A stretch of DNA of 64,000 bases, from NCBI GenBank assembly GCA_019721075.1, contig JAHEAD010000013.1:1-64000 (forward strand). Reading direction: 5' to 3'. Shown here one piece after another: positions 41,430 through 52,300 of this stretch. The notes under the pieces are model-generated. The model saw nothing but the letters and a program-made list of their open reading frames with translations, searched no databases and was not told the DNA's origin. Position 1 is the first letter of the stretch; every line of letters starts with the position of its first letter. The position numbers were made by a program, and so were the translations under genes. The stretch is from Candidatus Sysuiplasma jiujiangense. Lineage in GTDB: Archaea > Thermoplasmatota > Thermoplasmata > Sysuiplasmatales > Sysuiplasmataceae.

Positions 41430-41555
41430 CCCGGATATTATGACTTCTTTCTCCTCAGTTACGAAAGAAAGATCATCTCACCAGCTTTCAAGTCGAACTT
41501 TTCTCTCGCCTTCTTTGGATATGATTATCTGTCCCTTTGAAGACATCCGCTTTGT
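41430..41555 (-). pseudogene. AbrB/MazE/SpoVT-family antitoxin remnant
   Basis: Minus strand reads TKRMSSKGQIIISKE, then in shifted frames AREKFDLKAGEMI and FVTEEKEVII. Not in the ORF track. Confidence 0.7.
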
Positions 41556-41630
41556 GTCCTACGGCTTAAATTGCCTTTCGTATGTCTCCTTATTCATTCC
41601 TAAGAAGATGCGTCTAAAAGAAGTAGGCCG

Positions 41631-41863
41631 TATTGCAAAGGCAAACGTGTGTTAATCCAGAGAATCCTCAGTCACAGTTGATGCTGAATCACACATACAG
41701 GCATATTGTATGCCGCAGAGCAGACAATCATTGAGCAGACGTTGAGTATATCAGAAGTGACGGGAGCAGCTGCCTGCGATAATGGCGGCGAAACAGCTGT
41801 TGCTGTGCAGCCGTTGGATAAACAGACACTGTCTCATAATGGGTGGTCAGACCATGCAAAGCA
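41631..41863 (+). repeat. 233-bp direct repeat, copy 1
   Basis: Ungapped hand alignment to 52597..52829 (offset 10966) gives about 27 mismatches, ~88% identity. Confidence 0.95.
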
Positions 41864-42110
41864 CGCATCGGCACGAATGCAGGCGGAAAGGCACCAAACC
41901 AAGGCAGAACCGGCTGCAACAGTGATTTGTATGGCTACTTGCAGACTCCCTGAAAGACGATTGAATCATGGCTCGGCCAGCAATTTCATGTCAAATACAT
42001 ATGCACTTCGAGCACTTCACCATACCAAGACAGACTAAAAGGACAGTCTCTTGTGAATGTACAGCAATAATCAGCTACAATTAAGTATTAGGATTACGAT
42101 AATTAGTATT

Positions 42111-43460
42111 ATGAACCTTGATTTTATTGACAGGGAAACCGAATTGTCATCACTTTCAGAAAAGTTCGATTCAGGCAAATTCGAATTGGTCATTCTTTAC
42201 GGCAGGAGAAGGGTTGGCAAGACATTCATGCTTGAAAAGCTGCTTTCTGAAAAAAAAGGGATCTATTTTCTCTGCGATAAGGGCGGTACACTTCGTAACG
42301 GAGAGAGATTCAAGAGACTTGTCGCTGATTATTTTGGTGAACAGCCAATTGAAAGTAATGACTTCTATGACATCTTTGAACACATCGTAAAGAAATTCGA
42401 CGACCGTACACTGATAGTCATCGATGAGTTTCCTTATCTGATTGAGAAAGATGAATCCATACCATCCCTGTTTCAGAGGATAGTTGATCAGTTGCTCCTC
42501 AGGGGCAGAGTGATGCTCGTACTCTGTGGTTCAAGCATTTCCATGATGGAAGAGAGCGTTCTCAGTCACAGAAGTCCATTATACGGCAGACGGACAATGT
42601 CAATGCGCCTGGATGATATTGCCTTTACAAAGTTTCCTGAATTCTTCCCGCATAACAGTTTTCTCAAAAACGTTGAGTTTTACAGCATCCTCGGAGGAAC
42701 TCCGCATTATCTCAGGAAGTTCAGTGACCGTTTGAGCACAAAGGAGAATGTGGCCAGTGTGATCTTCAACAGGTCTGGAAGCCTCTATGAAGAGGTTGAT
42801 TTCATCCTCAGGGAAGAGTTCAGATCACCCGAGACATACAAGAACATTATGGGGGCCATTGCGACCGGCAGCAGCAGGCTTGTTCACATTTCAGACAAGA
42901 CAGGCATCAAAGAAACGGACATAAGAAAATACATCAACAATCTGGTCTCCCTGGGCCTGATAAGACGATTGACCTCCGTCCATGACACGAAGGGCAGGAA
43001 GGGGATATACGTGCTGGAAAACAATTTCTTTTCATTCTGGTTCAGATTTGTGGAGCCGTTCAAATCATATCTGGAAATAGGCAACCTGAACAATGCCATG
43101 GCACACTTCAATGATGATTTCAACTCCTTTGTCGGAAAACAGGTCGAGAATCTGGTCCGACGCCAGCTTCTGCACCGGCTTATCCCTTTTCCGATCTACA
43201 GGAGCGGTGCTTTCTGGTCATCCGGCATTGAAATTGATGCTGTCGCCCTGAACAAGGAAAGGAAGGAGATTGCGTTTGTTGAAGTCAAATGGAAGGAGAA
43301 CGTCGATTGCAGGCGGATATGCGCAGATTTGATGACGAAGAGCAAGCAGTATCCGCATAGGGGTTTCAAACCCTCTTATTTCATCATAGCGCGGAGCTTC
43401 AGGAACGAGTGCAAAGACTGCCATGCGGTCAGACTGGAAAAACTGGTTGAAAAACAATGA
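42111..43460 (+). CDS. Archaeal ATPase (ATPase_2) + wHTH + DUF234/PD-(D/E)xK nuclease-like domain
   Basis: FIDRETEL, YGRRRVGKT, IVIDEFPY, SPLYGRRT, GGTPHYL, FWFRFV and EIDAV...FVEVKW. ATG 42111 (ORF track 42057). Confidence 0.93.
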   Translation: MNLDFIDRETELSSLSEKFDSGKFELVILYGRRRVGKTFMLEKLLSEKKGIYFLCDKGGTLRNGERFKRLVADYFGEQPIESNDFYDIFEHIVKKFDDRTLIVIDEFPYLIEKDESIPSLFQRIVDQLLLRGRVMLVLCGSSISMMEESVLSHRSPLYGRRTMSMRLDDIAFTKFPEFFPHNSFLKNVEFYSILGGTPHYLRKFSDRLSTKENVASVIFNRSGSLYEEVDFILREEFRSPETYKNIMGAIATGSSRLVHISDKTGIKETDIRKYINNLVSLGLIRRLTSVHDTKGRKGIYVLENNFFSFWFRFVEPFKSYLEIGNLNNAMAHFNDDFNSFVGKQVENLVRRQLLHRLIPFPIYRSGAFWSSGIEIDAVALNKERKEIAFVEVKWKENVDCRRICADLMTKSKQYPHRGFKPSYFIIARSFRNECKDCHAVRLEKLVEKQ

Positions 43461-43484
43461 TGGTTGCCATGGTACAGTATTTTG

Positions 43485-43766
43485 TCCGAACTCCTGCAGA
43501 TCGCCAAGCGCTCTCCGGTGGTCGGGTGATAGCCAGACTTCATCTGTCCTCCCGCCAGGCAGTCCCCAGGTTCTGAGAACGAGCCTTTCATAATGGTCGA
43601 TATATGTTGCCGCCTCGATGAGCGTCTCTGAGACATACTTGCCGAGCCTGCGCATGTCATCGCCAGGAACAAGTCCGATGTACCGCATCATTGCAGTGAA
43701 TGGCAGGTCGCCTGTGAGGTAGTTTATACCTTTGCTCAGGAACACATTTGAAAAATTTGAACGCAT
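43485..43766 (-). pseudogene. 5' fragment of an acyl-CoA dehydrogenase (AidB-like N-terminal domain)
   Basis: GINYLTGDLPF...LGKYVSETLIEAATYIDH...LRTWG..GGRTDEVWLSP resembles archaeal ACAD N-termini. After ~94 codons the frame runs into the antisense of the ATPase. Confidence 0.6.
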
Positions 43767-43892
43767 AGCAGGTCATGACGCCCATCCATTGATGATTTGC
43801 TGCTCCCATGTCCATATCGAGTTCAATTGGTGTAAATATTAAGAAAAATAAGGTGTTTTTTAAGTGGTTTGTCCAGCATTGCATGTGCTGTT

Positions 43893-46800
43893 TCACAACT
43901 TCTTCTTTCTCTCCCTCGTCACATACACTCCAACGGCAAGTGCGGCAATCGCGGCTATTGCTATGATTATGAGCGATATGCCTGGCGCATAGTCGGCAAA
44001 CTGCTGTGCGGACGATGTCGCTGTGGACACAGACTGGACATTGGACTGCTGACCGGCACCTGCGCTGTTCACTGCCCTGATGCTGAAGTAGTACGTTGTT
44101 CCCGGGCTAAGGCCGGTGACCGTGTATGATGTTGAGTTGACAGTGGCTATGACAGCCATCTGGGATGGGGATGTGCCCATCAACACTTCGTATTCAGTGG
44201 CGCCGGAAACAGCACTCCATGTCAGTGTCACCTGGGAAGTGCCGGTCAGTCTTGCCTGTGAGAGGTCAGTAGCGCCTGGCATAGCAAGGGGCTGTGTCGG
44301 GGTTGCCGTTACAGGGCTGCTCGCAGGTCCGGTTCCGAGGGAACTCTCCGCAGTCACAGTTACTGTGTAAGTCACTCCGTTGGTCAGACCGGTGAAGTTG
44401 ACGTCAAGTGTGTTTGCCGAGACCTGTGTCGTCATTGAACCTCCTGACCATGTCAGCGTTACATTGTAGCCCGTGATCGGAGAGGAACCGGAGCTGGAAG
44501 GCGCCAGCCACTTCACAAGTATGTAGCCGTTTCCGGCAGTTGCTGAAACGTCATTGGGTGCTGTAGGCCTGGACACGCCTGATGTGGCATTGACCACAAG
44601 TGTCGTCATTGGGGAAGTAACATAGAAGTTATATGCATTCGAGAAAGTGTAAGGTCCTGTGTTTTGAGGCGTCACAGTTGTCAGAGGCACGCCTGTGTAC
44701 GTGTAGGACATTTCGTAAGTGTATGCGAAGAAATACGGCGTGTAGCCGTCCTTGCCCGTGAAGCCGGAATAAACATTCTGTCCTGCCGAGTAGACATTTA
44801 CATAGATTCCGGAAAGCGGATTGCCTGCAGCGTCCAGAACCTGAACCCTGGCCATTTGCGCCTCAAGGAAGAGATCTCCGCTGAATTGGGTGTTGTTGGT
44901 GTTCACCGTGCTGTTGTAGACTATCACAGTGGACCCGCTCATGCTCAGGGTATAGAGCAGTCCATTGACTGTGCTATTCTCAATCAGGAGGAAGGAATTT
45001 GATCCTATGGAAATGCCCTGTTCATTACCTGTCATCACAGAGTTATTCACAGCGACATACGCGTTACTTGAGATGTCGAGCGGCCCAAAATAATCAGCAT
45101 CAAGAACCGAGCTCTGCACTGAAACATAGGAATATGAACCGACGTAGATGCCTCCGCCGTAGTCGTTACTGACATTCGATTTGACAACAATCAGGTCGCT
45201 GCTGTAAACATCCGAAATACCTTTGTTGTTGTGGCTCAGGACGGATGACATTATCACCACGTTAGAGGAATCGGTTATCGAGCCAATCCCAGAGCGGATA
45301 TTGTGCGAAAATGTCGAATTGTCAATCACAACGTTACCGTCGTTGGCAAGGCTGCCCAGGCCGTACTCGTCATTGCTGAATACAGAACCCTGTATGACCA
45401 CGCCTGCGCTGGATGTTATGCTGTTCAAACCTGCGTAGCTGTTTGTGAATTTGTCATCGATTATGTGAATGTTTGCAAGCTGATTCATGCCACTGGCACC
45501 GTCTCCGCCATATGTGTCATTGTTGAATGTGGAGTGGGCAATCAGTATGTTGCTGGACGAACTCAATCCGTAATACCCTATTCCGCCGTAATAGTCATTG
45601 GAGAGGGTGCTGTTCCAAATTGTAATGTTGTTAGACCCTGATATGCCGTAATACCCTATTCCGCCGTAGAGGTCATTTGAAAGATTGGAATTCATTATTG
45701 CAAGTCCACTTACTGCAAAAAGTCCGATATTTCCAAATCCGCCGTAAGTGTCGTTTGTGAGAGTACTGTCGATTATCCTCAAATTGCTTGTATGCTCATC
45801 CGGGTAATACCCTATTCCGCCGTAGTAGTCGCTGCTCAGGTTGCTTCCCATTATCGTAACATTGCTTGAATAATAGAATGCAAAGTTGGCGCTTGCATAC
45901 CCTATTCCGCCAAGGTAGTCGTTCGTGAATGTGGAATTAAGAATGTAGGTGTTGTTTGTGTATGCGATGCTCTGATACCCTATTCCGCCGGCGAAATCGT
46001 TCGCGAACAGCGAATCAACTATCTTCAGATTGTTTGTGTAGGCAATGCTTCCCTGGCCTGTCAGTCCGCCGTAACCCACACCGCCGTAATAATCGTTGCT
46101 GAAGTTGGAATCAATCAAACTGACATCGGTTGCATATGTGATTCCATTGTATCCTACGCCGCCGTAGTAGTTGCCGGTCATTTTGCTGTGCGTGATGGTG
46201 AGACCGCTGAAGTTGCTGCTGAATGACAGCGCACCGTAATAGTCGTTTGAAAGGTTGGAGTATCCAATCGTAAAGGAAGTTGTATTGAACGCATCGACGG
46301 CGTAGTCATTGTGACTGGAGGTTATGTTGTTTACAGTGCTGTCGGTAAGGGAGAATCCGTTCACATTGTAGACGCCGATTGCCGGTTCATTGGAAGCAAA
46401 TTCAGTTATGAAATTGCTGAAATCAGAATTCGATAAGGCAACATCCGTGGAATTGACAATATCCAGGCCTGAGATCGCCTCCATGGATGCATTTGATACG
46501 CTGCTTACCGAAATCCCAGAACTGTTGTAAATTGTGCCCGCTACAATGTTTGAAGTGAGGTTGGCTCCAGTAACCGTCATATTCCTGCTGTTGACGAATG
46601 TGATGTATCCTGCATTTGAAAATGCCATGCTGCTTCCGTTTACAATGTAGTAGACATTGAGACCGTTAACCGTATTGTTTGAGGCTACTGTATTGTAAAG
46701 GTAGAGCGGGTCCATGCCGTATGTCCAATAATTGCCAAAATTGAAAGATTCATTTCTCATGGTGTTTGAGTATAGCGAATTGCCGTATGATTCAAGTAAA

Positions 46801-47828
46801 ACCAGTCCGTAGATGCCCGAATCGACAATTCTGTTATCTTCTATTAAGTTATGATTTGACTGTACTACTCCTATTCCGGCAAATCCTGAGCTTAACGAAT
46901 TTCTGCTTAAATAGCTGTCATTCACCAGGAACAAAATAATGCCCTCACCAGCTATGCCTGTCAGGCTATTTTGTGCAACACTTATTCCATTTGAATCCAT
47001 GACACTAATTACGTAATTACCCTTCAGTGATGAATTGCTGTTCTCCGTTTCAACGAATCTGTTGGCTGAAATCTGAAGGCCGGGAGCGTGTTGTGCAGCC
47101 ACAAATGTGTCATAGAGTGATGAATCCCCGAGGCTTCCGGAGCCCCCATTGAAAAAAAGGTTGACGGTATCGTTGTATACCGGTCCTGTGGGTGAGTAGC
47201 TGGTGTGTGAATAGACAGTCGTATTGTACAGCGTTCCGGTCGCGTTGGCGAGTATATCCAGAAGGCTTAGCTGAGTGAGTTCCGAGGAAACAACGCTAAT
47301 TCGGGCCTTTGCAGAAGCGGAGGTGCTGTTCGCATAGATATAATACGATGCACCGTCCAGTCCACCTCCTGAATTTGGGGCGTGAGTAACGAGTGATCTG
47401 TAAAACTGCAGATTGGACCCTGTATATACATTGACATCCGACGGAGAAGAAGAGGAGTTGAATATGAGCGTGCTTGATGTCATGTTCATAGTTGCACCGC
47501 CCTCCACAACAACCGTGTAGTTCACCACAACAGAACTGCCGTTAACCACAGACAGAAGGGAGCTGTTTGTAACCACGACACTGCCCGCATATATGGTTGA
47601 GTTGCTGACAACAGTCGGTGTCGTTACAGTCCAGACCGAATAGTGCTGAACAGTGTTGCTTATGTGCGTCACCCCTGTGCTTGCAAGCGACAGTGCCGCT
47701 CCAAAAACAAGAAACGCGCTCAGAATCATTGCTGCGGCTACAAGCGCGACAGCCAGCATCCTCAACTTTCCAGTTCCATTAGATCCGTCTGATATCTTCA
47801 TCTTCTCATCTCTCAATTTATCTTTCAA
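43893..47828 (-). CDS. Giant surface protein: right-handed beta-helix (NosD-like + YYGGIGY repeats), two FN3 domains, C-terminal TM
   Basis: Signal peptide; NTVNGLNVYY NosD-like motif; tandem ~26-aa repeats; FN3 PTAPNDVSATAGNG..VKWLAP..GSSPITGY...GLTNGVTYTV and VTGLSPGTTYYFSIRAVN; TM plus RERKKL. Alternative ATG at 47801. Confidence 0.9.
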   Translation of the reverse strand: MKDKLRDEKMKISDGSNGTGKLRMLAVALVAAAMILSAFLVFGAALSLASTGVTHISNTVQHYSVWTVTTPTVVSNSTIYAGSVVVTNSSLLSVVNGSSVVVNYTVVVEGGATMNMTSSTLIFNSSSSPSDVNVYTGSNLQFYRSLVTHAPNSGGGLDGASYYIYANSTSASAKARISVVSSELTQLSLLDILANATGTLYNTTVYSHTSYSPTGPVYNDTVNLFFNGGSGSLGDSSLYDTFVAAQHAPGLQISANRFVETENSNSSLKGNYVISVMDSNGISVAQNSLTGIAGEGIILFLVNDSYLSRNSLSSGFAGIGVVQSNHNLIEDNRIVDSGIYGLVLLESYGNSLYSNTMRNESFNFGNYWTYGMDPLYLYNTVASNNTVNGLNVYYIVNGSSMAFSNAGYITFVNSRNMTVTGANLTSNIVAGTIYNSSGISVSSVSNASMEAISGLDIVNSTDVALSNSDFSNFITEFASNEPAIGVYNVNGFSLTDSTVNNITSSHNDYAVDAFNTTSFTIGYSNLSNDYYGALSFSSNFSGLTITHSKMTGNYYGGVGYNGITYATDVSLIDSNFSNDYYGGVGYGGLTGQGSIAYTNNLKIVDSLFANDFAGGIGYQSIAYTNNTYILNSTFTNDYLGGIGYASANFAFYYSSNVTIMGSNLSSDYYGGIGYYPDEHTSNLRIIDSTLTNDTYGGFGNIGLFAVSGLAIMNSNLSNDLYGGIGYYGISGSNNITIWNSTLSNDYYGGIGYYGLSSSSNILIAHSTFNNDTYGGDGASGMNQLANIHIIDDKFTNSYAGLNSITSSAGVVIQGSVFSNDEYGLGSLANDGNVVIDNSTFSHNIRSGIGSITDSSNVVIMSSVLSHNNKGISDVYSSDLIVVKSNVSNDYGGGIYVGSYSYVSVQSSVLDADYFGPLDISSNAYVAVNNSVMTGNEQGISIGSNSFLLIENSTVNGLLYTLSMSGSTVIVYNSTVNTNNTQFSGDLFLEAQMARVQVLDAAGNPLSGIYVNVYSAGQNVYSGFTGKDGYTPYFFAYTYEMSYTYTGVPLTTVTPQNTGPYTFSNAYNFYVTSPMTTLVVNATSGVSRPTAPNDVSATAGNGYILVKWLAPSSSGSSPITGYNVTLTWSGGSMTTQVSANTLDVNFTGLTNGVTYTVTVTAESSLGTGPASSPVTATPTQPLAMPGATDLSQARLTGTSQVTLTWSAVSGATEYEVLMGTSPSQMAVIATVNSTSYTVTGLSPGTTYYFSIRAVNSAGAGQQSNVQSVSTATSSAQQFADYAPGISLIIIAIAAIAALAVGVYVTRERKKKL

Positions 47829-48027
47829 TCTTTCTTTCGGGATAACGGCATCACTGTGTAGCTCTCTCTCGTTTCATGCTGACAGCTTTGGTACGCAACA
47901 TGCGGCACGGACAATCTGCCAGTCCAACGGAGCGCATCCACACATGCATCATCCGCTACCCACCCGGAAAACCAATTAATATATTAATATAAAATACCGA
48001 TGGTTCCTGCTGTGAGTGGGACATAAG

Positions 48028-48210
48028 TCACTTTTCTCTTCCCTTCTCGCATATCACAAGATAGACCCTTTTCCCCAGGAACTTCCTGGGGCAGTCAACC
48101 TTTGCCCCTGTACCGAATTTTGTCACTTCCTTCTCTATGACTGCAACAACCTCATCTGACAGTCGCAGATTGCCGTCAACGACCTCAACTGTTCTCATAA
48201 CGACCGGCAT
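48028..48210 (-). CDS. DUF2080-type transposon-associated small protein
   Basis: EKEVTKFGTGAKVDCPRKFLGKRVYLVI, inside the IS and divergent from the transposase. Confidence 0.85.
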   Translation of the reverse strand: MPVVMRTVEVVDGNLRLSDEVVAVIEKEVTKFGTGAKVDCPRKFLGKRVYLVICEKGREK

Positions 48211-48240
48211 GTTGATATATGTACAGATATATTACTGTTT

Positions 48241-49225
48241 GTGCTGACGAATGAGCAGTTTGACAGATTTCACAATGAGTTCGATTTCCTTGTAAGGAAG
48301 TACAGGGAACAGTACTCCAGGCACACCGGAAGAGACCGGAGTGCATATGAGCGGTCATACGAACAGAGAATCAGGCATGCAGCAGCTGAAGTGTACTCTG
48401 TAGTGAAGAGTGCGTCATCGATCATATTCTCTACGGACGACCGCATGGGCAGGCCGCCGAAGGTGACGCCTGAACAGAAGGTTGTCATACTGCTGCTGAA
48501 GGAGATATTCTCACTGAGCAACAGGAAGATGTCCGGACTGCTGTCGCTGTTCGGTCCGCTGACAGACATAGACATATGCTACAAAACAGTGGAAAGGGCA
48601 TACTCCGCCCTGCCGGTCAGGCTCATAATACACAACATGTTCATTCTCCTTGCCTCCGGTACAGGAGGCAACCTGACCGGCGACGGCACCGGCTGCTCCC
48701 TGTCGATAACGCGTCACTACCGTTCCATGCGAGTGAACGGCAACTGCATAAAGACAAATCCCGACCACAGACTCTTCGTATATGCGTTCGCAATACTCGA
48801 CCTGGGCACCAATCTCTATGTTGCCTACGGTGTGAGCATGAAGTCTGAGAAGGATGCATACCGCGATGCGCTCAGGATGCTCGACATCACGCTGACGGAT
48901 GCCGGGAGCATCCGCCTCGACCAGTATTACTGCACACAGTACACACTGGACGACTTCTCTGAAGGAACAAAGGCGTTTCATAATACCCAGAAGCAGCACA
49001 ACAATCAGGGAACCGCCGGCATGGAAGAAACTCATCGGCAGACTCATCGACTCGCCGATGGAGTTCCTTTCCGAATACTACAGGAGGGAGAACTCGGAGT
49101 CTCAGTTCTCCGCAGACAAAAGGACAACGGGATGGAGGATACAGCAGAGAAGAGAGGACAGGATCAGGACTGCTGCCATGTGCAAGGGCACATGGCATAA
49201 TCTGTTCAACATGACTTCCGGATAG
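48241..49225 (+). pseudogene. DDE transposase, frameshifted
   Basis: GRPPK, LSNRKM, YKTVERAY, GDGTG (D) and RLDQYY (D) lie in ORF 48241..49200. FIIPR...YYRRENSESQFSADKR (E) lies in ORF ..49225. One extra T at 48976-48978 separates them. Confidence 0.88.
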
Positions 49226-49357
49226 GGGACTTATGTCCCACTCACGAGCTGAGGGAAGGGTTTAAATAAAACAGTAACCTGCCCCTTCCGATCTTAGGAG
49301 TTTTTGAAAAACATGAATTTTTGCCCTTTAAATTGGAACGAGTCTGCTGAGCAACCA

Positions 49358-52300
49358 ATGAAGAACGCAGGAATCTGTCGCTCAGGACAGAGCGCGGTGC
49401 TTCTTGCGATGTTTGTCGTGCTCATTGTTGCAATCGGCCCCGCCGCTGGAGCATTGACGCACAGCAATTACAGCGGAACACGTTTATTGACGGTGAGTCA
49501 GGCTCACCGCAAGGTCCGTACTTCAGTGGCAATCTCCGGTTCGGCAACGTCGGGCGTTTCACTCACACCCGGAGCAGGCACGAGCTCCGCATCCCAGCCT
49601 TCCTCCTATCCCGGCAGAATAATCAAAACACTCTCTTTTGGTGCCACCGACTCTTCAGCTCCCTTTCCTGTGCCGGGTGCATATGACCCTTATGATGGCC
49701 TGATCTATTCAGGTGCAATACAGGGTTCAGTAAATCCAAGTGGTTTTTTCAACGGCATGCTTGAGGCTAATGCCACCTCGGCATATCTGCTCTCAGGCGA
49801 CATACCCACTTTGCATCAGGTCACCAGCGCTGCCTGGGACACCGGCACAGGTAACATCATCCTCGGCGAAAACAATGGAACGAACGCGTTTATTCAGGTG
49901 TACAATACATATGCAAACAAAACAATCGCGACGATGTCTTTGCCGTATCCCAGATATGTGGCAAACACACTCTATGACACCATTAACGGGCAGGCATATA
50001 TTCTACAGGTGTTAACTACAACCACTCCTGTGTCATCTGTCTTAACGATATACAATGTTGCACAGAACCTGACGAACGCAAACCCCCCGTCGCTCTCCAG
50101 TATCTATGCAGAATCCATGACTTTCAACTCGAATTTCTCCACACTGTTTGTCCTGGGCCTTAATTCATCATCAGGCAATATTGAAGTGATGGCAATCAAT
50201 ATGAACAACTATTCCGAACATCTCATTTCGATGCCAAGTCTGGGTTCGTTTAGTACATCCAATGTAGCTCTTGGCGGCATCGCATATGATCCGGCCGATG
50301 GTTCGGTCTATTTCTCGTATTCTTATATTAACTCTTCCACTCCATCAACAGGTCCCTATCCCGAAGGGATAGGCATCATCAATGCTTACACGCAGTCGTA
50401 TGTTCTCAATTTCTCAATGCCGGACGTTCATTTGAGCAGATTTACCTTTTCCAACGATCTGCCTGCGGGTTCTCCTTTTGGGCCAAATGTGGCAGGCATG
50501 CTTACCTATGATCCAAACAACAAGGATCTCTATCTGACGCAGAACGGCCTGCCATGGCAGCTCATAGACACATCTGGTATTTACCAAGGTCAGGATATGT
50601 ATAACAGGACCATAGCTGTCATCAACGGGACATCCCCCACATCTGCCAATCCGGTTGCACTGCTTGCCTCCAGCTCGTTCCCGCTCGGTGGCCTGTTCAT
50701 CCCCTCCCAGCCATCCTCTGAGGGAGGTTCCCTGTGGTTCCCCTCTATCGGTTTGATCAGCAGTGGCATTATGGTTGGAAATTACACTGTTGCGGGAATT
50801 CCACCAGTGATCAATTCATTCAGCCTTTCAAAGAGTACAATCGATGAGGGCTCCAGCGTTTCCGCTTCATCCTCCGTCACATTTGGCGTAGGGTCCATAA
50901 CCTACTCGTATTCAGGTCTTCCTGCAGGCATGGTTTCGCAGAATTCCAGCACCATAAGCGGTACCCCCACGGAAAGCGGCACATTCACCATTACACTCAC
51001 CGTCAGCGACGCCGCGGGTGAGACAACAGATGCATCTGTCAAGCTGACAGTCAGTCCGCCGCTCAGCGCCTCGATAGCAGCTTCTTCCACAACACCAGAC
51101 GCCGGTCAGGTTGTCCAGTTCTCCGCGAGCATAGCAGGCGGAACATCCCCATACTCAGTCCAGTGGTCATTCGGAGACGGAACAGGTGCTAATGGAAATC
51201 CGGTAAGCCATGTCTTCAGTGCTTCCGGCAATTACACGGTGAGCGCTACCGTCACCGACTCGCTTGGAACTGTGACCAGAGCATCGATTACGGAGATAGT
51301 TTCCCTCCCTCCTGAGAACCTTACAATATCGGCAAGCAGCAACCTGACAGATGCAGGCATTCCGGTTCTTTTCTCGGCCGAGTTCCAGCATGGCAGCACG
51401 CCGATCACCTACAAGTGGTCTCTGGGAGACGGCAGTACCTCTTCATCGCCCACTGTCACACATGCCTACTCATCCAGTGGAAACTACACTGTTAGCGTAA
51501 CCGTCATGGACTCCGCAGGTGAAAGCTCCACAGCTTCATATCTGATCGTGGTTATGCCTGACCCGCAGGTCAGCATATTCGTCTCACCGTCGGCTGTCGC
51601 GGCCGGAGGCAATGTTACCCTCAGTGCCAGTGTTACAGGCGGTCTGAGTCCCTACATCTACCAGTGGAATCTGGGCGACGGGAATCAGTCCACGCAGCGT
51701 TCCCTTGGCCATACGTACATCAAGGCAGGCAATTACAACGTGAGTCTGAAGGTGATCGATGCGGCAGGATACACGGCAACGAATCAGACGGAGGTGACAG
51801 TTGCAAGCGGGACACTTTCCATAATTGCAAGCAGCAATGTGACAGATGCAAGCCTACCTATCACTTTCTCCGCCAGAACAGAGTATGGCAGTACAGCCCT
51901 GACATATGCATGGAGCCTGGGTAACGGCAATACGTCTTCATCTGCCGTTGTTACACAGGCCTATGGTTCCCCCGGTTATTATAAGGTCACCCTCGTTGTT
52001 TCCAACTCGTCCACACAGCTTGCGTCAGCAGCATATTTGGTCCTTGTATTGCCGGATCCGCAGATTTCAATAAACAGCGCTTCAACAGTCAGGGCAGGCA
52101 ACACTGTAAACTTCACAGTTGCAGTCACCGGTGGGGAATCGCCGTATTCCTACGCCTGGAATCTTGGCGACGGCAATACATCGACGCAGCAGTCCCCTCA
52201 ACAGTCATACAGCAGGCCGGGCAATTACACGGTTACTGTCAGCGTGACGGATGCTGCCGGCAAGACAGTCACGAAATCGGTGAACATCAAGGTCACCTCT

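Larger units (their letters stand above)
48012..49245. mobile_element. Insertion sequence, ISA1214-like (ISNCY), 1234 bp
   Basis: Perfect 18-bp terminal inverted repeats GTGAGTGGGACATAAGTC (48012-48029) and GACTTATGTCCCACTCAC (49228-49245), with a divergent small ORF and a DDE transposase. No target duplication visible. Confidence 0.92.

Noticed and set aside
41631..41660. AAAGGCAAAC at the repeat start resembling a c-di-GMP-I riboswitch
   Set aside because: The following GNRA stem and nearby GCAAAG element are missing.
41706..42038. ORFs MYAAEQ... in both repeat copies (also 52672..52884)
   Set aside because: Differences are mostly non-synonymous and the ORF ends differ, so they are probably incidental.
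45573..45990. Regularly spaced exact 15-bp repeats resembling a CRISPR array
   Set aside because: All spacings are multiples of 3 inside an intact 1311-aa ORF, the 'spacers' are homologous at protein level, and no cas genes are present.
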